From Cetorhinus maximus (Eukaryota), in NCBI RefSeq assembly GCF_964194155.1, contig NW_027596592.1, positions 1 through 64,000 of the forward strand: a DNA stretch of 64,000 bases, in the 5' to 3' direction. Of this stretch, positions 46,566 to 59,719 are shown piece after piece. The position numbers and the translations under genes were made by a program. How positions within the stretch are numbered: the first letter of the stretch is position 1; each line of letters opens with the position of its first letter. A model generated the notes under the pieces. The model did no database searches, was not told the DNA's origin, and worked only from the letters and a program-made list of their open reading frames with translations.

Positions 46566-47479
46566 TAGGTCTGACTCAATTATATAAACCACGAATGAAG
46601 GAGCCAACACTGAGCCCTGTGAAACCCCACTGGAAACAGCCGTCCAGTCACAAAATACCACCCATTAACCATCATAATCACTTCCTGCTGTTGAGCCAAT
46701 TTTGGATTCAACTTGTAACTTTCTCTGGGATCCCATGAGTTTTTATTTTTCTGCCCAGTCTGCCATTTGGGACCTTGTAGATGTGGAGAAAATGTTTCCA
46801 TTTGTCAGAGAATCCACAACTAGGTGCCAGAAATACAAGATAGTTACTGATAAATCCAATAGGGAAATAAGGAGAAATATGTTTACTCAGAGTGGTTAGA
46901 AAGTGGAACTCACAACCACAGGAAATGGTTATGGCAAAAAGCTGAGATAATTTCAAAAGGAAACTAGATGAGTACATGAGAGAAAAAGGAATAGAAAGAT
47001 GAACCGAAAGACTGAGCTGAGTTAGATGGAATGGAAGGGGAAGCATGTGGAGTGTAAACACCAGCACACACTAGTTGGTCCAATGGCCTCTTTCTATTCT
47101 CTATTTTCTGTGTAATTCTATGTAAACTCTTTTTACAGGCTTGGGGTGTCAAAGGGAAACTAAAACCAATTATCAAGATCTGTCAGAGCCACTCAATTCA
47201 TCAGGACCTGAATATCATCGGCCCTTGAATGTAGAAGGAGAAATGTTTGTCTGTTCTGTCTGAGGAAAAGATTTCAAGCATCAGCGTGACTGGAAAAGAC
47301 ACCCACACACTCGAGTGAAAGTGTTCCAGTGCACTGACTGTGGCAAGAGCTTTGACCAGTTACACAGCCTGAAAAAGCATCATACCATTCACAGTGAGGA
47401 GAAACTGTACACGTGTACTGTTTGTGGACAAGGCTTTAATTGATCACCTAACCTGGAGAGACACAAGGACGCCCGCACC

Positions 47480-47986
47480 ATGGGGAAACCATGGAAATGT
47501 AGGGACTGTGGAAAGGGATTCAAATACTCATCCCGGCTGGAAACTCATCGACACACTCACACTCCGGGGAGACCGTTCCCCTGTTCCATGTGCCCAAAGG
47601 GATTCGCTCGGTCATCCGACCTTCTAAGGCACCAAATCACTCACACTGAGGAGAGGCCGTTCACCTGCTCCATGTGTGGGAAGGGATTCATTAATTCATC
47701 CGACCTTCGGATACACCAGCGAGTTCACACTGGGGAGAGGCCGTTCACCTGCTCTGCCTGTGGGAAGGGATTCAGTCAGTCAGCCCACCTGCTGGCCCAC
47801 CAGAGAGTTCACACTGGGGAGAGACCATTCTCCTGCTCCGACTGTGGGAAAGCATTCATCCATTCATCCCATCTGCTGAGACACCAGCGAGTTCACACTG
47901 GGGAGAGGTTGTTTGCCTGCTCTGAGTGTGGGAAAGGGTTCACTCAGTCATCCCACCTGGTGAGGCACCGGCGAGTACACAAGTGA
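47480..47986 (+). CDS. Poly-C2H2 zinc-finger gene D, 6 fingers (decayed fingers upstream)
   Basis: [16 protein letters not shown]; acceptor ttttacag near 47138; AATAAA near 48120; paralog of gene A including 3' flank. Confidence 0.88.
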   Translation: MGKPWKCRDCGKGFKYSSRLETHRHTHTPGRPFPCSMCPKGFARSSDLLRHQITHTEERPFTCSMCGKGFINSSDLRIHQRVHTGERPFTCSACGKGFSQSAHLLAHQRVHTGERPFSCSDCGKAFIHSSHLLRHQRVHTGERLFACSECGKGFTQSSHLVRHRRVHK

Positions 47987-50900
47987 CTGCAGGGGTTGGA
48001 TTCTGCTGTTATTGCTGCAGTTAATCACATCCAGGACTGAACCATGTTCATTCTGAGAGTTGGTGTTCCTTTCTTCCGATAATAATTGCACTGATGTTTA
48101 ATATTCTGGTTATATATCAAATAAATCAGCTGTGTTAAACTCATTGTTGTAGATTTTTGTTTTTCCCACCTGCGTGTTTAACATCACCTGGCTGGAGGTC
48201 AGAAAGGACAATCTGGGAGAGGATCATATGGCCGGAACAGAACTTCAACCTGGACACAGTCCAGGAGCACGATCACCATCCACATGTTGTCCCTGTTGGA
48301 TAAAATCAAACACAGCGTTTATTCTCTGTCTTGTTATCTGACCTTTCCATTTTTTACTGTTTACACTGATCTCCATGGTAACACAGATATTGTGTTTCCT
48401 TCTCTTGTTACTGAATACTCAATCTAAGATTTGTTTCTCCCAATTTATGTAGAACGTCATATGGACCTTCCCAAGTAGCTCCCCAGACCGACCCCGTTTA
48501 ACGATGTTTTTAACATGACTTCATCTCCCATTGAACAGTTAATGTAACAGGTGGGGTGTTTCTCCCTGGAGGTGTTGAGATGGGCAGCACCATCTTCTCC
48601 ACTGCCTGTAGCAGGGAGATTGCTGAGGTTTGTTGGAGGTTCTGGAGAAACTGGTCCTGAGTCTGTTGAGTAGCCATGGGGTGTGGGACCTGGTGGGACG
48701 CACGATCTGGATTGACCGATGTGTCATGAGCTAAAATGAGCTGTGACCGGGGAGTGAACAGGAGTGGAGTGAATGATCATTAAGACACCAGGTGAGGCAG
48801 TGACCCAGTCATTGGGCTTGATCAGATCATCAGCTCCGTTCATGACAGCTTTTTCAGTGTCGTTTCTCCAGAGTGATTAAACATCTTGACCATCCCACTA
48901 GAGTCTGGGCAGTAGGGGATGCGGAAATGTTGTTCCACACCCACAAGATGACACAGCTGCTGTATTGCCTCTGCTGTGAAATGAGAATCATTATCACTCT
49001 ATCCTTTTCAGAAAGTCCCATCTGGTAAAGATCTGTTCCCACAAAGTTTTAGCTGTAGTGACTGCATCATTCATACAGACAGGGAAAGCTTCAATCCACC
49101 ATGTAAACATATTTATAACTACCAGGATATACCGGTCCCCTTCTTTTACTGAGTGTAATAGGCCTGTACAATCAAACTGCAATTTTTTCCGGGGAACATC
49201 ATTCAGATGGGACATGTCCATTGGGACCTTTCATTTCACAGGTCTGGATTAATTTGGACACAGATGAGACACAGGTTCAGGTGGTGATGGACGTCCTGGT
49301 GCATTGAGAACTCAAGGAAAGAGAAACGTGCCCCAATTTGATCCACAAACAAAATTAATTATTTTCTGAGACATTAAGGTGTGACCCAATTCAAATTAGA
49401 GCCATTCTTGTGATAGGAATGTTGAGGCCACGATCAGATCACCAATCATCTTATTGAATGGCCGAGCAGGCCCGAGTGGCCTACCCCTAATTCATATGTT
49501 CATATCATGTATAATGGGGGAGACCTTACTTGCTGTGAGTGATGAGGGAAAGTCTTTCCTATTGTGCTTGGCCTCTTTGGCCATAATCACAAAGATTGTA
49601 TTTTGGGTGGATCGCAAGGAATCCCCTCTGGAGCAGCTTTCCTAGTGAGTCAGTCTGTCTGGTTATTACCATCACCCTCTTCACTAGCCCCTGCTGCTGA
49701 TGCACCTTCACCTTACAAATAGCAACTTGTCCTGGTCACTTACCAGCAATATCTCAAATCATTCGGAGTTTGAAATGGTGGGTGAGAGTTTTCCTTTTTG
49801 CTGTGGAGAGGCTGTGTTTTTGTTGCCAGAGAAGTAGGTTTACACTGAGGGAGTTACAAATAAAAAAGCTTTCAGAATAGTTGGTGGTTCTCTCAGTAAC
49901 GCCTTGAAGGGCTGTGATCATAATAACCTCAGCTTTCTGGGCTAAATATTGTGATGGGTGTTTAATAGGATACAATGGCTGTCATGGGGAAGTAAAGACA
50001 CAGCAGGAGTCTGATACGGTCCTTGTATTTTTTTTTTTTCATTCATGGGATGTGGGCTTCGCTGGCTGGATCAGCATTTTTGCCAATCCCTAGTTGCCCT
50101 TGAGAAGGTGGTGGTGAGCTGCCTTCTTAAACCACTGCAGTCCATGTAGTGTAGGTACACTCACAGTGTTCTTAGGGAGTTCCAGGATTTTGACGCAGTG
50201 ATAGTGAAGGAACGGTGATATATTTCCAAGTCTGTGACGTGAAGGGGTACTTCTAGGGGGAGGTGTTCCCATCTATCTGCTGCCCTTGTCCTTCTAGATG
50301 GCAGTTGTGGGTTTGGAAGGTGCTGTCTAAGGAGTCTTGGTGAATTCCTGCAGTGCATCTTGTAGATAGTACACACTGCTGCTACTGTGAGTCAATGGTG
50401 AAGGGAGTGAATGTTTGTGGATGGGATGCCAATCAAGCGGGCTGCTTTGTCCTGGATGGTGTCAAGCTTCTTGAGTGTTGTGGGAGCTGCGCATCCAGGC
50501 AAGTGGGGAATATTCCATCACACTCCTGATTTGTGCCTTGTAGATGCTGGACAGGCTTTTGGGAGTCAGGAAGTGAGTTATTTGTCACAGAGTTCCTAGC
50601 CACTGACATGCTCTTGTAGCCACAGTAGTTATATGGCTAGTCCAGTTCAGTTAATGGCCAATGGTAACCCACAGTATGTTGATAGCGGGAGATTCAGTGA
50701 TAGTAATGCCATTGAACATCAAGGAGCGATGGTTGGGTTCACTCTTGTTGGAGATGGTCATTGCCTGGCACTTTTATGGTGCGAATTTTACTTGCCACTT
50801 GTCAGCCCAAGCCTGGATATTGTCCAGGTCTTGCTGCATTTGGACATGTATTGCTTCAGTGTCTGAGGAGTTACAAATGCTGCTGAACATTGTGCAATCA

Positions 50901-51078
50901 TCAGAAATATCCCCAATTCTGACCTTATGATGGAAGGAAGGTCATTGATGAAGCAGCTGAAAATAGTTGTGCCGAGGACACTACCCTTAGGAATTCCCGC
51001 AGTGAAGTCCTGGAGCTGAGTTGATTGACCTCCAACCACCAAAACCATCTTCCTTTGTGCTAGGCATGACTCCAACCA

Positions 51079-53995
51079 TAAGACCATAAGACGTTGGAGA
51101 AAAAGTAGGCCATTCAACCCATCGAGTCTGCTCCGCCATTCAGTGAGATCATGGCTGATCTGACAATCCTCAACTCCACTTTCCTGCCTTTTCCCCATTA
51201 CCCTTGATTCCCTTACTGATAAAAATGTGTCTATCACAGCCTTGAATATACTTAATTATCCAGCCTCTACAGCTCTCTGCGGTAAAGAATTCCACAGATT
51301 CACTACCCTCTTATAGAAGATAATTCCTCCTCATCTCTGTCTTAAATGGGTGACCCCTTGCTCTGAGATTATGCCCTCTGGTCCTAGCCTCCCCCACAAG
51401 GGGAAACAACCTCTCAGTATCTACTCTGTTAAGCCCTCTAAAAATCTTATACGTTCCAATAAGGTCCCCTCTCATTCTTCTAAACCCCAATGAGTACAGG
51501 CCCAACCTACTCAACCTCTCCTCATGAAAAAATCCCTCCATACCCGGGATCAACCTCGTGAACCTTCTCTGGACTGCCTCCAATGCCAGTATATTTTTCC
51601 TGAGATAACGGGACCAAACTGTTCACAGTATTCTAGGTGTGGTCTAACTCGTGCCTTGTATAGTTTTAGCAAGCCTTCCCTATTTTTACTCTCCATTCCT
51701 TTTGAAATAAAGGCCAACATTCAATTTGCCTTCCCTATTACCTGCTGAACTGATATGTTAGCTTTGTGGGACTCATGCATGAGCACTCCCAAATCCTTGT
51801 GTCCTGTAGCTTTCTGCAGTCTTTCTCCATCTAAATAATATTCAGCTCCTCTATTCTTCCTGCCAAAATGCATAATCTCACACTTTCCCACATTATATTT
51901 CACGTACCAAGTTTTTTTTCCCACTCACTTAACCTGTCTATATCCCTCTGTGGATCCTTTGTGTCATCCTCACCACTTGCCTTCCCACCTATTTTTCTGT
52001 CATTTGCAAAGTTGGCGATAGTACATTCACTTCCCACATCTACGTCATTAATATATATTGTAAAAGATTGTGACCCCAGCACTGAAAGGAAGTGGCTGCA
52101 GAGATAGTGGAGGCATTGGTCAAAATATTCCAGAACTCACTGGATTCTGGGAGGGTCCCAGCGGATTGGAAAACGTCTAACCTGATGCCCCTGTTCAAGA
52201 AGGGAGGGACTATAGGCTATACGCCAGTCAACCTAACATCTGTAGCTGGGAAAAAGGTAGATTCCATTATTAAAGAAGAAATAGCAGGACATTTAGAAAA
52301 GCTGAACGCAATCAAACAGAGTCAACATGGTTTTGTGACAGGAAAATCATGTTTGACAAATTTTCTAGAGTTCTTTGATGATATAATAAGCGGAGTTGAT
52401 AAAGGGCAACTTTAGTGTATTTAGATTTCCGGAAGGCATTCAACAAGGTGTCACATAAAAGATTATTGCTCATGATGGGAGCTCACGATATTTGGGGGAA
52501 TTGATTGAGGATTGGTTATCACACAAAAGACAGGGAGTCATGATTAATGGGTCTTTTTTCACGTTGGAAAGATGTAACTAGTGGAGTGCCACAAGGATCA
52601 GTCCGAGGGCCTCAATTATTTATGATCTATATTAATGACTCGGTGGAGGGGGCAGAGTGTAATGTGTCCAAACTTGCTGAAGATACAAAATTAGCTGGGA
52701 GGGCACGTTATGATGAGAACATGAGGAATCTTCAAGAGGATATAGATAGGCTGAGTGAGTAGGCAAAAGCTTGGCAGATAGAGTTTAATGTAGGAAAATG
52801 TGAGGTTAATGTACTTTGGTAGCGAGAATCAAAAGGCAAGCTATTATTTAAATGGAGACAGACTCCAAAAAAGTGCAGCACAGAAGGAGTTGGGTGTTCT
52901 TGTGCATGAAACATAAAAAGTTGGCACGCAGGTTCAGCAAGCGATTAGGAAGGCAAATTGAATTTTGGCCTGTATTGCTAGGGGGTTGGAGTTTAAGAAT
53001 AGGGAAGTCTTGTTTCAACTGTATAGGGTGTTGGTGAGGCTGCACCTGGAGTACTGTGTACAGTTTTGGTCCCCGTATTTAAGAAAGGATATACTGCCAT
53101 TGGAGGCAGTTCAGAAAGATTCACTCGGCTGATGCCTGACATGAAGGGGTTGACTTATCAAGAATGGCCAAACAGGTTAGACCTTTATTTATTAGAGTTT
53201 AGAAGAATGAGGGGTGATCTTATTGAAACATAAAAAATTCTGAGGGGGCTTGACAGTGTAGATGTTGAGAAGATGTTTCCACTAGAGGGGGAATCTCGAA
53301 CTAGGGGACATAGTTACAGAATAAGGGGTCTTTAAAACTGAGATGCGTAGGAATGTCTTCTTTCAGAGGGTAATGAATGTCTGGAATTCTCTACCCCAGA
53401 AAGTTGTAGAGGGTAGATCACTGAAAGTATTTAAAGAGGATGGAGATAGATTTTTGAAATACCGGGGAGTTGAGGGCTATGTGGAACTGGCGTGAATGGG
53501 GAGTTGGGGCCTGGAGCTGATCAGCCATGATCTTATTGAATGGCCTATTCCTGCTCCTATTTCTTATGTTCTTATGATCCATGTGTCACTCTACTAGTTA
53601 CAGGTCGCCATCCTGAAAATGTGGCCCTTATCCCAACTCTCTGTCTTCTATTAGTTAGCCAATCCTCTATCCATGCTAAAATACTACCTGCAACACCATG
53701 GCCTCTTATCTTAATAAGTGGCCTTATGTGTGGTGCCTTATCAAACACCTTTTGGAAATCCAAATATATTACATCCACTGGTTCCCCTTTATCTATCGTG
53801 CTTGTTACCTCCTCAAAGAATTGTAATAAATTTGTCAGGCATGATTTCCCCTTCATGACGCCTTTCTGACTCTGCTTGATTATATTATGCATTTTTAAAT
53901 GCTCTACTATTACATCCTTTATAATATACTCTAACATTATCCCAGTGAGGGAGGTTAAGCTAACTGGCCTTTTTTTTGTCTCCTCCCTTTGTGAA
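51079..53995 (-). mobile_element. CR1 LINE (51079-52085 plus 53575-53995) split by a + strand CR1
   Basis: Continuity CCCCAGCACTGA / TGATCCATGTGTCACTCTACTAG; KSCLTNLL..YLDFQKVFDK. Confidence 0.8.
52086..53575 (+). mobile_element. CR1 LINE, innermost nested insertion
   Basis: IFQNSLDSGRVPADWK..SGVPQGSV.. and tail TTCTTATGTTCTTATG. Confidence 0.88.
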
Positions 53996-54849
53996 TACAG
54001 TGGAGAGTTTTCCCCCGATTCCCATTAACTCCAATATTCCGAGTGCTCCTTGATGCCGCACTCAGTCAAATGCGGCCTTGATGTCAAGGGCAGTCACTCT
54101 CACCTCATACTGCAACATCACAGGCAACTGGTAGTTGTGAGGCTGCAATCTTTTAATGCCTTTGCTTTGTAACTCAATAATTCATCTACTCCATCCCACT
54201 CGGGATACTCCCTTAACTTGGGCTTTATTAATAATGTCACTGTGATATGTGGGGTGTGCAGAATTATTGTAATAAACTCTACCAGGTACTCTATGGGCTT
54301 AACTAACCAGTGAACGCTTGATATTGGCTCAGGACACTGGGCCAGTGATCTTTCCACGGAGGTGAATGTTCCTGAGAATCACCCAACTGAAAAAGCTTTT
54401 CCATTCAGCTCCTGCATCACTGCAGCGGATATACATTGTTCTGACAGTGCCAGCAGGGCTGTGGAATTAATTGGATAGATCTTCCAAAGAGCCAGCACAA
54501 GCATGATGGGCGAAGTGATTTTCATCTGTTCTTTTGGAACAGTGAATATTCCTCATCCCGTGATGGAGAGAGGAACCAGTGACTATGGGATTGAACGTAG
54601 CTAGAATCAGCACCTTCAGGGCAGGAGAGAGACGTGGGAACAAGTGGCAAAAGCTTTAAAAACTCAGTATATTCCTACAAGAGAGAAGCGGTTTAAATCA
54701 CTTTGAGCAATTCGAGTATGGAAGAGCATTTATTCACGAGGATTCATGTGTGTCTTTTTATTAATTGATCTCAATTATTTTCTTTCCCCTCTGTGGGTTT
54801 AATGGTGCTGCTATTACCCAACATTCCCTGCGGATGTGAATATGCCCTA

Positions 54850-55330
54850 TGAACACTCCAGGAGCCCAGTACGCAGGCGCAGTGCTGGACTGTATCTGGA
54901 GCATGCGCAGTGTCACTTTGATCAGTGTCCTGCAAGTGCGGGAGAGGATTTTTTCAGCGGGTGAGATTCGATGGGGCGGAGGGAGGAATGGAGCCTGGAG
55001 TCGGTGTCGGGAGGGAGCGGCGGCTTCATAAACACCTGACGTAGGCCGCAAATCGGGAATAAGACTCTGCAAGTCCCGCGTTTTCAGCTCTGGGGCTTTT
55101 TCCCGGAAATAGGCCCAGTTTAATGGTCGCCATCTTGGTTCAGTGGCCGTCTTGGTGACGGAACAGAGCATGGGCGGGGCTTCAGGGCGCCGGTGACCAG
55201 GAGAGAAAATCATTGGCTCATTGATTTTATTCTCGCGCTGCGCACAGGAGATGGCGACTGTCCCGGGTTAATTACCGCCATCGTTTGAAGGGCAATGTGC
55301 TGCTGGGCGCACGCGCTGCCATCCTAACAA
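54850..55330 (+). promoter_or_regulatory. CpG-rich promoter/first exon, probably of ZNF gene E
   Basis: Paralog of the 23.1 kb promoter (GCATGCGCAGTGTCA..GCGGGTGAGATTCG..GGCGGAGGGAGGA); YY1-like GCCATCTTG near 55128 and AGATGGCG near 55249. Confidence 0.7.
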
Positions 55331-55518
55331 CATAAGAATAAGAACATCAGAACTCGGAGCAGGAGTTGGCCTGTCGGCCCATTGAGCATGATGCACCATT
55401 CAATGAGATCATGGCTGATCTGATTGTGGTCTTAACTGCACTGCCCGCCCCTCATTTTGATGCTTAGATGAAAAATTTGTCTAACTCAGTCTCAATTAGT
55501 CTTTTGGTAGCACAGAAC

Positions 55519-56279
55519 TTGAGTGTTGCTGAAAAAAGAGACATGTGGAAGCTTTTCGTCTTGTACTCATCGGGGCACTTCGCAAGAATACCAATGTAAG
55601 GAAAAACAACTATATATGCTGTCTGTAGAGAGAATGCTGATTGGTTGGCAAGTGGACTCTGATTGGTAGAGGCGTTGCTATGCAAAATGCACTAGTGATG
55701 GTGACTGACAGTTAACTGCCAAGCATTGTTTGAAATTGAAACCAGACAGTTTGACCCTGATTGGTCAAGGCATTGTCCTGAGGAATGAGTCAGCAAATGG
55801 CTGTCACTTATTTTGTTTAGCTGAAACAGGTGCAATGTGTGTATATGTTTTTCTGTCTGCAAAGAACAGAGCCTTATTAATATATGTAGCTTCCGGTATA
55901 TGCAAATGCACCACACTGCAAGCCCAACTGAGAATCTTAAATTGGCTGTCAATGTAATTCTTAGCACACTGATGATTATTTAGCAAATGTTGTCCAATCG
56001 CGGAATCACATCTAATATTGGACACTGTTTTTGAGCTTTGCAAACACAGGCTGGTTGGGTATGTTTGCAATGCTTGGCAGTTAACTGTCAGTCACTATCA
56101 CTGGTGCATTCTCCATTGCAACGCCTCTACCAATCAGAGTCCACTTGCCAACCAATCAGCACTCTTTGCATACAGTGTATATAGTTGTTTTCCCCTTATA
56201 TTAGTATTCTTGTATTCATCTTCCTGATCAGTGCAAGATGAAAAGCTTCAACATACCCTTTTTTTTTAGCAATACTCAA
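55519..56279 (-). mobile_element. Penelope-like element 3' fragment with inverted ~210 bp pseudo-LTRs carrying hammerhead motifs
   Basis: Arms at 55519-55728 and 56068-56279; internal DSAIGQHLLNNHQCAKNY..FKIL..LHIPEATYI resembles the GIY-YIG C-terminal region of Penelope elements. Confidence 0.75.
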
Positions 56280-58199
56280 CGTTGCATCTATTCAATAACC
56301 AAACCTCCACTCCTTGCTGGGGAAGAGAGTTCCACAGGCTAATAGATGCCTGAGAGAAGAAATTTCTCCTCATCTCAGTCAAGTTTATTGAAAACATTTT
56401 AAAAATTTGTGCCTCCTTGTTCTATCTTCTCCCATGAGGGGAAAAACCCTCTCAGGATCCACCCCATTCAGTGCCCTCAGAATCTTACAGGTTTCAATAA
56501 GATCACCTCTCATTCTTCGAAACTCCAATGAATACAGACCCACCTTGCTCAACCTTTCCTCATGAGATAAAACCTCTCATGCCAGGAATCAGCCTAGTGA
56601 ACCTTCTCTGAACTGCTTCCAATGCAGATATGTCCTTGCTTAAGTTATCTTGGACCAGGTAGCAGAGGGAGAGAATGTTGTCTATTTCTATCCTGGACTG
56701 ACAGTGACGGATTCTGGAAACCCTTTTTACAGGGGTTAGAAGGGGAGGATTTACACACAGCAAACTCAAATAAAGAGAAATGTTTGTCTCTTCTGAATTT
56801 CTACCTGCATCTGACAATTATGGCTTTTGTAATCTTCTTTTACAGAAACCTAGAAGATTTGAAGCCTGTAAGATTTTTCTCTGACTCCAGTGCTTCTGAT
56901 ATCTTTCCAGCTACAGGCTCCAGCAGGAGATTTTAAATTTGAAAACAGTGAAATTGTTTTAGGGGTGAGTATTATTGAACATTCATCGACAATTTAGAGC
57001 TCTTAGTGCTGCGCTGTGGTCCCATGGCTCTGGGGCTGGTGTGGCTCCTTTACTGTGGATCTGAATCCATGTCCATCCATTGCTCTGTTTCACCCTTACC
57101 CTTCACAATCACCTCTCTACCGTTGTATGGATCCCTCTGCCTCTAATGATGGGTGTATTTTAACCATGTTTGGTATTTTACTGTTATTTTCACCAACTGT
57201 GTCTAAATGAGGTTCCACTGCTGCCCATCCCCCCAGCTATTCACTGCTGATTTACCAGCTTTATCTTCCCATGGCCAGGAATTGTTTTTCCTGCACTAGA
57301 GATCATTTCTCTCCCACTTCTGAGCTTATATTGACTGTCAAATTCTGCTTCATTTGTATTCCCCATAATTCATTCTGTACATCCTGAAATGTTAACTGTT
57401 TCTCTTTCCACAGTTACTGCCTGACCTGCTGAGTATTTCCAGCACTTGCTTTTTTTCTTTCAGATTTCCAGCAGCTGCAGTATTTTGCTTTGGTTTTATT
57501 GCAGGCATTTCTCACAGAACTGAGTCTGGGAACAGAGATGAACCAATTAAGAATGGATTTGTATTTGGGTGGGTGTTGATTGGAGAGGTTGGTCCCTGGC
57601 CTCCAGTGTTAGTCTTTTTCATGCAGCCATAGAATGATTACAATACAGGAGGCCATTTATCCTGTCATTCCTGTGCTGGCTCTGTGCAACCGCAGATCAG
57701 CTAGTCCCACTCCCTGCCCTTTCCTCATAGCCCAGCTTTTTCACTTCAGGTACTTATCCAATTTTATTTTCAAAGCCTTTGCTGTAACAGTTTGAGTTGG
57801 AGTGGAGATGGAGGAGAAGCTGCTAGGTTTAAACACAAGGACCCAGCAATTTCCAACGTGAAATTGTCAAAGGGAGGTAGGTTCTGGGGAAGATGAGGTT
57901 GTTGAGCAGACACTGGCCATGAAATGTAAAAAATCATTGTTTTAGGAACAAATATTTCTGTAGATGCTTTTAATCTATTCTACAAATGCATACTTAAAAA
58001 ATTTATTCTGGGGATTTGGGCGTCACTAACAAGACCAACAGCAGATATTTCCCATCCCCAGTTACCTGTGGAGAAGATGATATTTGACCTTCTTGAACCA
58101 CTGCAGTCCGTGTGGTGAAGGTGCTCCCACAATGATGTTAGAGAAGGAGTTACAGGTTATTCACCAGTGATGAAGAAGAAACAATGATATATATCCAAA

Positions 58200-59470
58200 T
58201 CAATAACAACAATCTGTATTTATATTGCAACTTTAATGTAACAAAATGTTCCAAGGCATTTCCCAGAAATATTACAAAGCAACATTTGACACTGAGCCAC
58301 ATAAGGAGATATTAGGGCAGGTGACCAGAAGCTTTGTCAAAGAGGTAGGCTTTAAGGAGTATCTTAAAGGGGGAAATTGAGGTAGAGAGGCAGAGAGGTT
58401 TAGGGAGGAAATTCCAGAGCTTACGGCCTAGGCAACTGAAGGCACAGCCACCAAAGGTGGAACAGTTAAAATAGGAATGCTCAGGAGGTTGGAATTAGAT
58501 GAGCACAGATATCTCAGAAGGTCATGAGACTGATGGAGGTTACAGAGACAGGGAGGGGCCAAGGAGGAATTTGAAAATAAGGATGAGAAATTAAAAATTT
58601 AGATTCTTCTTAACCAAGAACCTTTGTCGGTCAGCGGGCACAGGAGTGATGGGCGAGGAAAACTTGGTGTGAGTAAACACAAGGGCAGCAGAGTTTTGGA
58701 TAGCCTCAAGATTACAGAGAGGTTGAATGTGGGAGGCTGGCACGGAGTGCCTTAGGATAGTTAAGTCTAGAGGTAACAAAGGAATGGATGAGAGTTTCAG
58801 CAACAGGTGAGCTGAGACTAGGGCAGAGTTGGGCGAAGTTACTGAGGTGGAAACAGGCCGTCTGGGTGATGATGAGGATGTGTGGTTGTAAGCTTTTTTC
58901 ATTACTTATTCATGGAATGTGGGGTTGCTGGCTAGGCCAGCATTTATTGCCCATCCCTGATTGCCCTTGTTTAGAGGGCAATTAAGAGCCAGTCACATTG
59001 CTGTGGGTCTGGAGTCACACGTAGGCCAGACCAGGTAAGGACAGCAGATTTCCTTCCCTAAAGGACATTAGTGAACCAGATGGGTTTTTTTTGTAGTAAA
59101 AACCCATCTGGTTCACTAATGTCCTCTAGGGATGGAAATCTGCCGTCCTTGTACTGGTCTGGCCTACATGTGACTCCAGACCCACAGCAATGTGGTTGAC
59201 TCTTAACTTAGGGATGGGCAATAAATGCTGGTCTAGCTAGCGATGCTCACATCCCATGAACGAATAATTTTAAAAAAGAGCTCATCTTGGGGTGAAGTAT
59301 TACACTAAAGTTTTGAACAGTCTGGTTCAGCCTCAGACAGTTGCCAGGGAGAGAGATGAAGTCAGTTGTTAGAGAATGGAGTTTGTAGTAGGGACTGAAG
59401 ACAACACTTTCAGTCTTCCCAGTATTTATATGAAAGAATTTTCTGTTCATTCAGTACTGGATGTCAGACC
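58200..59470 (-). mobile_element. L2 LINE 3' part, interrupted by an inverted SINE pair
   Basis: LEAIQNSAALVFTHTK..PITP and MNRKFFHINTGKTESVVF. Confidence 0.75.
58893..59280. mobile_element. Head-to-head palindromic pair of 5'-truncated SINEs
   Basis: ~190 bp inverted arms around a ~10 nt centre (59089-59097), with tails pointing outward. Confidence 0.85.
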
Positions 59471-59719
59471 AGTCAGGAGAGTGTGTGACTTCAAGGGGAA
59501 CTTGGAGAGTTGGTGTTCACACACACCGGCTACCCTGGTCCTTCTAGGTGCTGGAGGCTAGTGGTTCAGGAGATTTGTCAAAGTTATGGTCGAGTAGTAG
59601 GTATATAAAATCCCTCTTCTTCAACTGCTGCCTCTCTTACTTCTCTCTCTCTCTCTCTCTCCTTCCATAGAGACCAGAGTCTTGCATTGACCCGGTCTGG
59701 GTGGAAGGTTCCATTAATA

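Larger units (their letters stand above)
50028..54110 (-). mobile_element. CR1-group LINE (50028-51078, resuming 53998-54110) carrying a nested CR1 insertion
   Basis: AGIPKGSVLG..FINDLP; sequence continuity ..GACTCCAACCA / CAGTGGAGAGTTTTCCCC.. across the insert. Confidence 0.75.
48500..54460 (-). mobile_element. Decayed LTR-retroelement/retroviral pol (RNase H plus integrase), split by nested LINEs
   Basis: Integrase: LQFDCTG..RYILVVINMFTWWIEAFPV..AVTTAKTLWEQIFTRW. RNase H: AQKAEV..NSLSVNLLLWQQK..GQVAICKVKVHQ..GNNQTD. Further pol-like piece at 54.1-54.45 kb. Confidence 0.75.
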
